A DNA stretch of 64,000 nucleotides, from the NCBI GenBank assembly GCA_016187745.1, contig JACPJC010000005.1:96001-160000 (forward strand), in the 5' to 3' direction. Origin of the DNA: Candidatus Iainarchaeum sp. (GTDB lineage: Archaea; Iainarchaeota; Iainarchaeia; Iainarchaeales; JAXPJC01). The translations under genes and the position numbers were made by a program. The notes under the pieces were generated by a model, which was not told the origin of the DNA, did no database searches, and saw only the letters and a list, made by a program, of their open reading frames with translations. Of this stretch, positions 10,383-19,786 are shown piece by piece (position 1 is the stretch's first letter; each line of letters begins with the position of its first letter).

Positions 10383-11114
10383 ATGGATATGGCTATTGAG
10401 TTGAAAAATGTCGATTTGTGGCGCCGTTCCATAGACGCAATCGCCTCTTTCATTTCAGAGGGGAATTTCCGCTTCAATGAAAAGGGCATTTCCTTCAAGG
10501 CCGTAGATCCCAGCCAGATTGTGCTTGTTGACTATATAATTGACAAAAGCGCATTTGAGAAATTTGACATCGAGCCCACTTATATCGGCATTGACCTTGT
10601 GGAATTGAACAAAATAATGCAGCGCACGCTTCCAAATGACAAACTGACAATGGAAGTCAGCGATTCCGAGCTTTCGCTCAAACTGGAAGGGGACATGGTA
10701 AGGAGCTTCAAGCTGCCGCTTATAGAGGTCAGCGAGGAGGACATCAATATCCCGCAGCCGAAATTCGACGCAAGGGTTGAAATTGCTGGAAAAATAATAA
10801 AAGAAGCGCTCAAGGACGCAAGCTTGTTCGGAAGCTCAGTAGTACTGCGCATAAAGGGCAGCCAATTCACGATTGAAGCGCGCGGCTCCCAGGGGACATT
10901 GAAAAGCCAGACAAAAGAGGCGCAGAAGGTTGTTGTAAAATCCGCTACTGAAGTGGTTAGCAAATATTCCCTTAATTTTCTTATGAATATCGTTAAGAGC
11001 GCGGACCCGGAAGCAAAAGTCGCATTGGAGCTGAAATCCGATGCGCCGATGAAAGTTTCCTATTCAATCGGGCAGGCGCAGATCCAATACCACTTAGCGC
11101 CGATGATACTGTAA
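10383..11114 (+). CDS. pcn: PCNA sliding clamp, copy 2
   Basis: KAVDPSQIVLVD, IGIDL, SKYSL, YHLAP. Confidence 0.93.
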   Translation: MDMAIELKNVDLWRRSIDAIASFISEGNFRFNEKGISFKAVDPSQIVLVDYIIDKSAFEKFDIEPTYIGIDLVELNKIMQRTLPNDKLTMEVSDSELSLKLEGDMVRSFKLPLIEVSEEDINIPQPKFDARVEIAGKIIKEALKDASLFGSSVVLRIKGSQFTIEARGSQGTLKSQTKEAQKVVVKSATEVVSKYSLNFLMNIVKSADPEAKVALELKSDAPMKVSYSIGQAQIQYHLAPMIL

Positions 11115-11157
11115 ATTCACCGGCAATCCGCTCCCAAAACCCTTTTTATTCCCTTTT

Positions 11158-12189
11158 GTGGCAGATTATTTCATGAACCTTGAGGACCTGCAGTTCGCGC
11201 AGCGCTATCCGTTCAGCGGAACCGCAAGGAAAATAGTGGCTGAAACCGGCCTTAATCTGCAGGACGTTTCCGAGGCAGTAACTGAAAGGGCGCAGAAGAT
11301 GATTCTTGCCTCCGCAAAGCAGCAGAAGTATGACCCCCAAATCGGGAATTATGAGGAACTGCTCCAGAACGAGGTGCTTGCGTTCCCTGTCGCAAAAATT
11401 CTGCTTTCAATAATTGCAAAGCCAGAACTCTATTCCAAGTTCGCAAATATGTTCTCAAAATCAGCATTTGTTTCCCTGCAGAGCGAGAGCGATGAAACCC
11501 TCTGCGACATTGCAAAAGACCTTGGAATAATTATAAAATTCTCAGGCAATCCCGAGGAATTTGCGGAAATCGGCATGCTGCAGTATTTAAGCGCGGACTT
11601 CAGGGAAGATTTCATGAAGCTGGCGAACCAGAGGCTTGAGAAGGGAAGAATAATCCTGAGCAAAAACGAATTTGTGCGCTTTCTCTCACAGGCAATCTAC
11701 AAAAAAATTTTCTCCTCAATGCCCGCAGACACAAAGCAGATCCCAAATTCCCTAAAAACAATCGCGAATTCCCTTTCAAAGCAGGCATTTTCCGAAAGCT
11801 TCCAGGCATTCAACGCAAAGCTTTCAGGAAACATAAAGGCCGATGCATTCCCCCCGTGCATTTCCGAACTGTATGCAAAAATGCTCTCCGGCGCAAACCT
11901 CAGCCATACGGAGCGCTTTACCCTTGCAAGTTTCCTTGTTTCAGCCGGAATGGGCACTGAGCAGATAATTGCAATTTTCAAAAATGCGCCGAATTTCAAT
12001 GAAAAAATATCCCGCTACCAGATTGAAAGGATTGCAGGCTCCGGAAACAAGACAAATTATGCTCCCGCAAGCTGCGCGAAGATGAAAAGCTACAAGCTCT
12101 GCATAAGAAACGGCGAATTGTGCGGAAATGTGAAGCACCCGATGCAGTTTTACAGGAGCAGGGCATTTCCGCGCAGAAAAGCCCAATAA
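11158..12189 (+). CDS. priL: DNA primase large subunit
   Basis: RYPF, FPPCI, HTERF, F.EKISRYQI, SCAKM..LC..C..HP Fe-S domain. Confidence 0.92.
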   Translation: MADYFMNLEDLQFAQRYPFSGTARKIVAETGLNLQDVSEAVTERAQKMILASAKQQKYDPQIGNYEELLQNEVLAFPVAKILLSIIAKPELYSKFANMFSKSAFVSLQSESDETLCDIAKDLGIIIKFSGNPEEFAEIGMLQYLSADFREDFMKLANQRLEKGRIILSKNEFVRFLSQAIYKKIFSSMPADTKQIPNSLKTIANSLSKQAFSESFQAFNAKLSGNIKADAFPPCISELYAKMLSGANLSHTERFTLASFLVSAGMGTEQIIAIFKNAPNFNEKISRYQIERIAGSGNKTNYAPASCAKMKSYKLCIRNGELCGNVKHPMQFYRSRAFPRRKAQ

Positions 12190-12256
12190 AGAACCTTGGC
12201 ATAAACGCCAAGCTGCTTAAAGAAAGCAAAAATACAACCAGCGCCAAGGTTCTTTA
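12187..12256. repeat. Perfect 14-bp inverted repeat (taaagaaccttggc / gccaaggttcttta) with 42-bp spacer
   Basis: Arms at 12187-12200 and 12243-12256. Confidence 0.85.
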
Positions 12257-12357
12257 ATAAATGCTCCAATTTATAAATTTTTTGCACTTCCATAGTTCAA
12301 CTCCCACTGATTTTAGTGGAATTTAGCTGAATATTTGGATTTTCGGGGTGAATTGCA

Positions 12358-13266
12358 TTGAATGCGCTGGCATCGGTAATAGGCACTGGCAATTTCGCTA
12401 TTGTGCAGGACATTCTCGCATTTGTGCCTAACATAATTTTCGCGGCAGTGGTTCTGATTGCAGTATTCATATCCTACAAGCTGCTCACGAGGTCAATAAC
12501 AAATGCGCTCTCAAATTCCATAAAGCGCAAGCAGGATGTCAAAACCTTCCTTAACCTCTGGCGCTACAGCTTCTTTGTTGTTGCGGCAATTCTAATCCTC
12601 ATTTCATTTTCCGGCTCGCTCACAACATTCGGAATCAGCGTCGGGTTTTTTTCCGTAATGCTTGGCTGGGCGCTCCAGAAGCCCATTACGGGAATTGCCG
12701 CATGGCTGATGATTGTGACGCAGCGCCCTTTCAGAATCGGCGACAGGATAATAATTGACGAGCACATTGGCGATGTAGCGGACATAAGGCTGTTCTATAT
12801 TGTGCTTAACGAGATTGGCGGGACTGTTGAGGGCGAGGAGCAGAGCGGAAGGGCAATCCACATTCCCACTTCAATACTCTTTGACAAGAATCTTGTGAAT
12901 TACACGATGCACGACCCCTTCATACTTGACGAGGTTTCAGCAACCGTTACATACGAAAGCAACCTGGCAAAGGCGCAGGAGCTTGCAGTAGAATGCGCGA
13001 AGGAAATTACAAAGGAAATCCTGCCGGATGTGAAGGAAAAGCCCTTTGCAAGGGTTTCTTTCAAAGATTCGGGCATTGATGTGAAGGTGCGCTATTACAC
13101 AATTGCGGACAAGAGGCAGAAGGTCGCGAGCGAAATCACGGAAAAAATCCATGAGAAAATCTCAAAGGCGCGCGACATAGAGTTCGCATACCCGCACATA
13201 GAGCTGAAATTCAAGCAGGGCGCGAAATTCATCCAGGGGAAAAAGTTATCCGAGTTCATGCAATAA
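12358..13266 (+). CDS. Small-conductance mechanosensitive channel (MscS family)
   Basis: Three TM helices, GWALQ, RPFRIGDRI, IPTS. Confidence 0.92.
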   Translation: MNALASVIGTGNFAIVQDILAFVPNIIFAAVVLIAVFISYKLLTRSITNALSNSIKRKQDVKTFLNLWRYSFFVVAAILILISFSGSLTTFGISVGFFSVMLGWALQKPITGIAAWLMIVTQRPFRIGDRIIIDEHIGDVADIRLFYIVLNEIGGTVEGEEQSGRAIHIPTSILFDKNLVNYTMHDPFILDEVSATVTYESNLAKAQELAVECAKEITKEILPDVKEKPFARVSFKDSGIDVKVRYYTIADKRQKVASEITEKIHEKISKARDIEFAYPHIELKFKQGAKFIQGKKLSEFMQ

Positions 13267-14248
13267 TTGCGCCGGCAATGCTGAAATAAATTGCCGCAAT
13301 GTAAAGCGCAATGAGAAGCAATCCCTCCTTCCTGCTGATTCTCAGGCTCACATACCCGAACATGAGCAGCACTGCGGCAATTATGAGCATCAGCGGCATG
13401 CTGTAGTCCAGGAGGCTTTTTGCAACATTCAGGGGATTGAGCAGCGCTGCAAAACCCACAACAAGCAGAACATTCGCAATATTGCTCCCGAGGATGTTCC
13501 CAATCAGGATATTCGGCATTCTCCTTTTTATTGCCTGCAATGAAACCGCAAGTTCCGGCGCAGAAGTGGAAAGCGCAACAAGAGTCAATCCGACAATGCC
13601 GCCGCTTAAATTAAGCTCATCTGCAATTCCGGAAGCGCCGCTTACAAGCAGATAGCCGCCGAACAAAAGCGCGGCAATTGAAAGCGCAGCAAGCAGCAGA
13701 TTTTTCATACTGATTTTTTCTTTTGCAGTTTTTCCCTTCCCATTTCCCCTTCTGAAAAACAGGTTTATGTATGAGCGGAATTCAAAAACCTCCTCAAGAT
13801 GCCTGATGCGCCCGAAGAGAAAAAGCACATAATAAACGAATATCCCCAAAAGAATTATCCCGTCAATCCTTGAAATCACATTGTCAAGGGAAAGCACATA
13901 GAGAAGCGCAGCGGAGCCAAACACTATCAGGCAGTCCTTGTCAAAAATCCTCCTTTTGATGTATATGCTTGCAATGCTCGCGGAAATCCCCAGATTCAGC
14001 GCAATATTTGCAATGTTAGCCCCCACAACGTCCCCAAGCGCAATTCCCGGATTATTTGTCAGCGATGCAATTGATGCGACCATGAACTCCGGGAGCGATG
14101 TCCCGATTGCAATCAGGCTCACTCCGATAACAAAGTCGCTTATGCCAAATTGCTTTGCGATTTTTGAGGCATTTTCTATGAGCGCGCCGGCGCCCTTGAG
14201 AAGGAATGCCAGCCCGATGGCAAACACAATCAAATCATACGCAAGCAT
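13256..14248 (-). CDS. Ca2+/Na+ antiporter (CaCA, YrbG-like)
   Basis: Alpha repeats GTSLPE..GANIAN and STSAPE..GSNIAN. Confidence 0.92.
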   Translation of the reverse strand: MLAYDLIVFAIGLAFLLKGAGALIENASKIAKQFGISDFVIGVSLIAIGTSLPEFMVASIASLTNNPGIALGDVVGANIANIALNLGISASIASIYIKRRIFDKDCLIVFGSAALLYVLSLDNVISRIDGIILLGIFVYYVLFLFGRIRHLEEVFEFRSYINLFFRRGNGKGKTAKEKISMKNLLLAALSIAALLFGGYLLVSGASGIADELNLSGGIVGLTLVALSTSAPELAVSLQAIKRRMPNILIGNILGSNIANVLLVVGFAALLNPLNVAKSLLDYSMPLMLIIAAVLLMFGYVSLRISRKEGLLLIALYIAAIYFSIAGAIIA

Positions 14249-14300
14249 GCAATTAAATGGCAATAATTGCTTATTAAACGTTTCCAATTAACATTCAATT

Positions 14301-15527
14301 ATGCAGCCCACTGAGCAGTTCCTGCGCTCGAAATTCCAGCAGTATTACCGCGCGCACGCGGTTTCCGCGCCGCTGAAAATAGGGCAGCGCGAGTTCGGGA
14401 TAGGCGCCTTCGGGAAAAAAATAAGCATGCGCCATCTTGCCTTTGCGGACTCAAACGAGCTTAATGGCTTCCTGCGCAATGAAGTGCCATTTTACATTTC
14501 CTATTCCTGCGCCTACTATAAGTATCCGGAAATGCAGCCCATGAATGCAAAGCATTTTTTGCAAGCGGACCTGGTCTATGAGTTTGATGCGGATGACCTG
14601 CAGACTGACTGCAAGCAGGGGCACGATTCCTGGAAGTGCGTGAAATGCGGCGCCTCAGGAAAGGGAACAATAGAGAACTGCACGAAATGCGGGGCGCACA
14701 CGCTAAAAGAGGAATGGGTCTGCGGCAAATGCCTAAATGAAACAAAAAAGCAGAGCCTGCGCCTCATCGGATTCCTGCAGGATGATTTTGATTTTTCCGA
14801 TGGGATAGAAGTGAATTATTCAGGCTCCAAGGGCTTCCACATCCACGTTAATAATGAAAAAGCCCTTCAGCTGAGCCAGAACGCAAGGACGGAGCTTATT
14901 GATTACCTTAGCGGAAACGGCATAATCCAGAAAAACCTCGGATTTGATACGGAAAGCAGGATGTTTTCCTGCCCCATTCCCGAAAAAGCAAAGGGCTGGC
15001 AGAAAAAAATAATCAGCTGGATGCTTGGAAAAATTGAAAATTCCGATTCCGAGGAGCTCGCGCTTTATGGGGGCATTTCAAACGCCCTAGCAAAAAAGTT
15101 AATAACCATGCGCTCCACAATTATCTCAGGCATCAGCTCCGGAATGCTCTACCAGTTCCCGGGGAGCAAGGCGGAAGCCTTCTGGAATTCATTGATTGCA
15201 AGCGCGATTGATGCGCTTAAGCTCGGGATAGACAGGCAGACCTCAATTGATTTGCACAAGATAATAAGGCTGCCGGAAACGCTCCACGGCGGAACTGGCC
15301 TTGCGGCAAAAAAAATCCCCCTGGAGAAAATTGTGGAATTTGATGCACTGAAGGAGTGCATCGCATTTTCAGGCGATGAAGTGAAAGTGAGAACAATTGC
15401 GGAGATTCCCGAATTTGAATTGAACGCGCGGAAATTCGGGAAATTCGGCGCAAACGAGGAGATAAAAATTCCCGAATATGCTGCAATTTATTTGCTTGCG
15501 AGGAATGCGGCGCAATTGGCGGAATGA
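14301..15527 (+). CDS. priS: DNA primase small (catalytic) subunit with Zn-ribbon insertion
   Basis: REFG, DLVYEFDAD, YSGSKGFHIH, IDRQTSIDLHKIIRLPETLHG. Confidence 0.95.
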   Translation: MQPTEQFLRSKFQQYYRAHAVSAPLKIGQREFGIGAFGKKISMRHLAFADSNELNGFLRNEVPFYISYSCAYYKYPEMQPMNAKHFLQADLVYEFDADDLQTDCKQGHDSWKCVKCGASGKGTIENCTKCGAHTLKEEWVCGKCLNETKKQSLRLIGFLQDDFDFSDGIEVNYSGSKGFHIHVNNEKALQLSQNARTELIDYLSGNGIIQKNLGFDTESRMFSCPIPEKAKGWQKKIISWMLGKIENSDSEELALYGGISNALAKKLITMRSTIISGISSGMLYQFPGSKAEAFWNSLIASAIDALKLGIDRQTSIDLHKIIRLPETLHGGTGLAAKKIPLEKIVEFDALKECIAFSGDEVKVRTIAEIPEFELNARKFGKFGANEEIKIPEYAAIYLLARNAAQLAE

Positions 15528-15546
15528 AAAAACAGGGTTGTAAATT

Positions 15547-16137
15547 ATGGCGGAACTGAATTACGATGAGATAATGCGCCTTTACAGGCTTGAGAAGAAT
15601 GCGACAAAGCCGATTGAGCTTGATGAGAATTTCTATGACGCGCTTGTGAAATTAATGGACAATGAAAAAGCGCTCTACTTGAAATCGCTCAAGGAATTCT
15701 CGGTCTCAAAGGCAAGGAATTTCACAAACCTGAAGAAGATTGTTGAGGACTTCTTTGATTTGCGCGAAAAGAAAATCCTGAACAAGGCGCTTCTTGCGCT
15801 GCACAGCAGCGAGATAAACGAGGAGAACCTGACCTCGCAGGAAAGGAAGACGATGCGCGCGCTGCTTGAAATCCTGCAGGCGCACCACGCCCTTCTTGAC
15901 GGGATGTTCACGGAGGGAAAAGAAAAAAGCGAAGGCGCTGAGAAGGAAAAGGGGGGCATCGGAACCGCAGGTTCTGATTTTAATATGATTTCACTGACAA
16001 TTCTTTCTGAAGTGCAGCCTTTTATTGGCGCTGACATGAAGGAATACGGCCCATATGCGGTTGGGCAGATGGCAGAAGTTCCGCACAAGGTCGCCAGTCT
16101 CCTGGTTTCAAGAAAACTGGCAAAAACAAACGAGTGA
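15547..16137 (+). CDS. GINS subunit (Gins15/Gins51 type)
   Basis: LREKKIL..NLT.QE, B-domain FIGADMKEYGP..A..LV..KLA; follows priS. Confidence 0.85.
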   Translation: MAELNYDEIMRLYRLEKNATKPIELDENFYDALVKLMDNEKALYLKSLKEFSVSKARNFTNLKKIVEDFFDLREKKILNKALLALHSSEINEENLTSQERKTMRALLEILQAHHALLDGMFTEGKEKSEGAEKEKGGIGTAGSDFNMISLTILSEVQPFIGADMKEYGPYAVGQMAEVPHKVASLLVSRKLAKTNE

Positions 16138-16146
16138 GGCGAAAAA

Positions 16147-16344
16147 ATGAGCAGAAAAACAGAACTTGCACCGAAGGCGGGGAACAAATTCATAAGGGTG
16201 AAATGCCCCTCATGCAGCAACGAGCAGACAATATACTCCCTTGCTTCCACCCCCATAAAATGCATTGTCTGCAACCATGAGCTTGCGGAAACAGGCGCGG
16301 GAAAAATAAGGCTCAGGATAAAGCCTGCGAGGCTATTTGAATGA
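16147..16344 (+). CDS. rps27e: 30S ribosomal protein S27e
   Basis: FIRVKCPSCSNEQ..CIVC..L..TG.GK. Confidence 0.95.
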   Translation: MSRKTELAPKAGNKFIRVKCPSCSNEQTIYSLASTPIKCIVCNHELAETGAGKIRLRIKPARLFE

Positions 16345-17102
16345 ATCTCCCCGAACTGAACGAGTATGTTGTCTGCAGGGTAACGAAAATCCTTGATTAC
16401 GGGGTTTTTGCGGATTTGGTGGAATACCCGAATACAAGCGGATTTGTGCACATTTCCCAAGTGGCGAGCGGATGGATAAAGAACATAAGGAATTTCGCGA
16501 AGGAAAATGAGGTAAGGGTTGCGAAAGTGCTTCATGTGGATGCTGAAAAAAAGCAGATTGACCTGTCCTTCACTAAAGTTTCAACGTCCGATGAGAGGGC
16601 AAGGCTTGACGCATGGAAAAAAATGAAGCGCGCGCAGAAGCTTGTTGAAATAATCGCGAAGGAAAAGAGCTCAACAATGGAAGAGGCATGGAAAAATGTC
16701 GCTCTTCCGCTCCTTGAGAAATATGATTCATTGCATGATGCATTCCAGGCAATTGCCCTGAATTCGGAAGAGGCCTCAAAGCCGATCCAGAAGGAATGGC
16801 TGAAGCCAGCGCTTGATGTCATAACGAAAAATGTTGAAATCCCCAGCAGGACAATCCAGGGGGTTATTGCATTGAGCAGTTATGCCCCGAACGGAATTGA
16901 ACTTATAAAGGACGCGCTGGTTTCCGCGCAGAATTCCACAAGGGATGCGGAAATCTCCATATACTATTCGGGCTCTGGGAAATATGTCATAAGGGTGAGC
17001 AGCTTTGATTATAAAGTGGCGGAGCGCGTGCTTAAGTTTGCCGCAGGAAATGCAATAGAATCAATAAAGGCAGCCGGCGGAACAGGCAGCTTTGAATCCT
17101 GA
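16341..17102 (+). CDS. eif2a: Translation initiation factor aIF-2 alpha
   Basis: S1 domain LPELNEYVV..GFVHISQVASGWIKNIR..QIDLS. Confidence 0.95.
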   Translation: MNLPELNEYVVCRVTKILDYGVFADLVEYPNTSGFVHISQVASGWIKNIRNFAKENEVRVAKVLHVDAEKKQIDLSFTKVSTSDERARLDAWKKMKRAQKLVEIIAKEKSSTMEEAWKNVALPLLEKYDSLHDAFQAIALNSEEASKPIQKEWLKPALDVITKNVEIPSRTIQGVIALSSYAPNGIELIKDALVSAQNSTRDAEISIYYSGSGKYVIRVSSFDYKVAERVLKFAAGNAIESIKAAGGTGSFES

Positions 17103-17158
17103 AGCGCAAACTAATAAAAATATTCGCTTATTGCAATTTATAGGAGAGAGTTGAGAAA

Positions 17159-17935
17159 TTGGCGACAACAGTGAAATTGGTGAAGAAGGCAAAGCTCAAG
17201 GCGCCGGTCATTTTCACAGGCCTTCCGGGAATAGGGCTTGTCGGGAAAATTGTTGTTGATTACCTGCTGAAAGAGCTCAATACTGAAAAGATTGCGGAAA
17301 TCATTTCGGATTCATTCCCCCCGAGCGCGCACACAAAAGAGGGGGTGCTGGAACTTATAAAGGACGAGATTTACCATTTCAATTTCAAGGGGAAGGACTA
17401 TCTCTTTTTGTCGGGGCCGGTGCAGCCGAGCCTTGATTTTCGCACAGGAAGCGCGAACGAGCATTATGAATTTGCGCGCGCAATATGCGAATTTCTCAAG
17501 CAGCAGAATGTAAAGGAGGTTTATGCACTTGCGGGGATAAATGTTGGCGAGAAGCGCATGAACCACGAGCCGAAAGTGATTGTTGCTGCAACAAGCAAGG
17601 CGCTTCTGAATGACCTGAAAAAATACGGCGTAATAATTGACAAGAACGAGGGGCTGATAAGCGGGGCGGCAGGCCTTCTCCCGGGAATTGCAGCGGAATT
17701 CGGGATGGATGCAGCGTGCCTGATGGGCGAAACAAATGTGAGGCTGGTTTACGGCGACCATGGCGCAGCAAAGAAAGTTCTGGAGCTTCTGATAAAAAAA
17801 TTCGGATTCAAGGTTGATATGCGCAAAATAGAGAAGGAATCCGTTGAAATAGAAAAGGCCTTTACCCAGCTTGCGGAGCAGCTTGAAGAGCAGGAAGAGA
17901 AGCCATTGCCAAGCGGATTGAGCTATGTTAGATAG
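17159..17935 (+). CDS. PAC2 family proteasome assembly chaperone (PbaA/B-like)
   Basis: GLPGIGLVGKI, ISGAAGLL, CLMGET, C-terminal YVR. Confidence 0.9.
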   Translation: MATTVKLVKKAKLKAPVIFTGLPGIGLVGKIVVDYLLKELNTEKIAEIISDSFPPSAHTKEGVLELIKDEIYHFNFKGKDYLFLSGPVQPSLDFRTGSANEHYEFARAICEFLKQQNVKEVYALAGINVGEKRMNHEPKVIVAATSKALLNDLKKYGVIIDKNEGLISGAAGLLPGIAAEFGMDAACLMGETNVRLVYGDHGAAKKVLELLIKKFGFKVDMRKIEKESVEIEKAFTQLAEQLEEQEEKPLPSGLSYVR

Positions 17936-17976
17936 CACATATAATTATTAACAATTAAACAAAAATAAAAAATGAA

Positions 17977-18438
17977 ATGAGGCAAAAAATGCAAAAAAAG
18001 CAATTCTGGAAAAGCATAAAAATTAAAAAAGAACAATTGTGGACAATTGTTGGTGTTGCTCTTGTTGCTGCTGTTATTGCTTCAATCACAACAGCCTCTA
18101 TAACTGGGGGTTATACAAAGGCAGAGATTGATGCAAAAATGGAAAAGGTTTCTACAAATCAGGGAGTTCTAAATATGCTGAATGAATGCGTAATCGGGAA
18201 AGTTACAACTCAGGATGGTGAAGAAAGCGGGTTACTAAATAAAGACTTGACTTGCAACGACTTATGCGATTATTATGGAGAAAACATCTGGAACAAGAAG
18301 CTTACTTGTGTAGAAGGGTTCATGCACGTGGCAACTGCAGAAGGATTATCAAGCCCGGAGACATGCAGCACATCCTTTACTGTTTATTCTGACAAGAATC
18401 TCTATTATGAATATGATTGCATTTGTTGCTCTGTTTAA
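17977..18438 (+). CDS. Hypothetical membrane-anchored/exported Cys-rich protein
   Basis: Basic N-terminus, one TM, TCNDLC..C..C..CICC; AT-rich. Confidence 0.7.
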   Translation: MRQKMQKKQFWKSIKIKKEQLWTIVGVALVAAVIASITTASITGGYTKAEIDAKMEKVSTNQGVLNMLNECVIGKVTTQDGEESGLLNKDLTCNDLCDYYGENIWNKKLTCVEGFMHVATAEGLSSPETCSTSFTVYSDKNLYYEYDCICCSV

Positions 18439-18456
18439 GCTTTTATTTTTTAAAAT

Positions 18457-19731
18457 TCAGAACTCCCCAAGCGTCTTCTGCCCTGAGAATTCGGATTTTC
18501 CTGAAATTTCCTTTTCAAGCTCTTTTTGCTTTTGCGCCATTTCCTCTTTGCTCTTGCAGATTACGGGCGTCCCATACTGCCCGCCGCCCCCGGGGATGTA
18601 AATGACATATCCCTTCCTGAAAGATTCAATGTTCTTTGCTGTTTCTGAATGCACTTTTGCAAGCTCTTCCAATGGCGCATCAATAACAGCATTTATCTCA
18701 TTCCCGAAGGCATCAACAAAATTGCGCCAAAGGGTCTGCACTTCCGGCGCCTGCACAATTTTTGCAGCGAGGGAAATCTGTATTATTTCCGCAAGGGAAA
18801 GTATGTGCATGTACGGAGGGCGGAATTTCGGATGATTTTCTTCTTTGTAATTTGCCAATTCAAAAATTCTGTCCCTTACTCCCTTTTTTATTGTTGCCTT
18901 GCATTTCGGGCATTTCCATTTGAAGGCCTCGGCCTCCAGCATTGAGAATTTCGTATAGCACTTATTGCAGGCGCTCAAGTGGTATTTTCCCTCGCGCGGG
19001 TCAAGGCCGGCATTCAGTGTAATCAATGCCTCTTCCCTCTCCCTGAGCGCGTGCCTAAGGGATTTGAAATCAGGCTCTTTCATTTTTATGCGCGTAAACT
19101 CTCTTCCAATCCTGTGCGGATAGGGGGAATGGGAATCGCTTGCGGTAATGAACTGATAATTGTGATTGTCCGCAATGAGGTCGGCGAAATACGAATCTGC
19201 GCTCAATCCGAGCTCCATGAAGTAAATCTCGCTTAGCATTTTCCCATAGCACGAAAGCATTGAATCAAAATGCGCATATATGGAAAAGTAAGGGGTAAAA
19301 GCATGCGCAGGGCCCATAATGCCATTGCAGTCCTTCACAATCTCCGCAGTCTGCTCCGCATTGGTCTTCAGCCTGGGCCTTCCGTTCCCATAGCCGTCAA
19401 GATTTCCGAATTTAAGGAGCCTTTCGCGCAAATTCTCAGCGGAGGCAATGTCCGGCAGATACACAAGATGATGCACCCTGTTCACATCCTGCAATTCTGT
19501 TCCGACAATGAATTTTATTTCCCTTCCCTCAATCCCGAAAATCCCGTTTTCCTCTTCCTTCAGGTTCTGCTTCACATGCTTCAGCCATTCGTTGTGCAGT
19601 ATGTCCGCAGTGCTGCAAATATGCAGGCCCTTAAGCTGCGCCTGCTCCGCTATTACCGGAAGAAGCATGTTCTTGCTGACCCCCCCGGAATAGGGCCCAT
19701 GGAAGTGCAAATCCGCATTGTATTCCCGCAT
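18457..19731 (-). CDS. TIGR00375/EndoQ-type PHP-domain endonuclease with Zn finger and C-terminal PIP-like motif
   Basis: DLHFH, GPAHAFTP, ELGLSAD, SDSHS, GKYH..CNKC..CPKC..KGVRDRI, GGGGQYG, QKTLGEF. Confidence 0.88.
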   Translation of the reverse strand: MREYNADLHFHGPYSGGVSKNMLLPVIAEQAQLKGLHICSTADILHNEWLKHVKQNLKEEENGIFGIEGREIKFIVGTELQDVNRVHHLVYLPDIASAENLRERLLKFGNLDGYGNGRPRLKTNAEQTAEIVKDCNGIMGPAHAFTPYFSIYAHFDSMLSCYGKMLSEIYFMELGLSADSYFADLIADNHNYQFITASDSHSPYPHRIGREFTRIKMKEPDFKSLRHALREREEALITLNAGLDPREGKYHLSACNKCYTKFSMLEAEAFKWKCPKCKATIKKGVRDRIFELANYKEENHPKFRPPYMHILSLAEIIQISLAAKIVQAPEVQTLWRNFVDAFGNEINAVIDAPLEELAKVHSETAKNIESFRKGYVIYIPGGGGQYGTPVICKSKEEMAQKQKELEKEISGKSEFSGQKTLGEF

Positions 19732-19786
19732 TTCTCAAAACCCCTAAAAATATCCCTATTTAATGCTTTATAAATGAATATATTAT

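Noticed and set aside
13234-13266. PIP-like tail QGKKLSEFM on MscS
   Set aside because: Spacing does not fit QxxLxxF, and PCNA binding is implausible for a channel
15675-16535. 286-aa minus-strand ORF
   Set aside because: Antisense to GINS, S27e and aIF2 alpha
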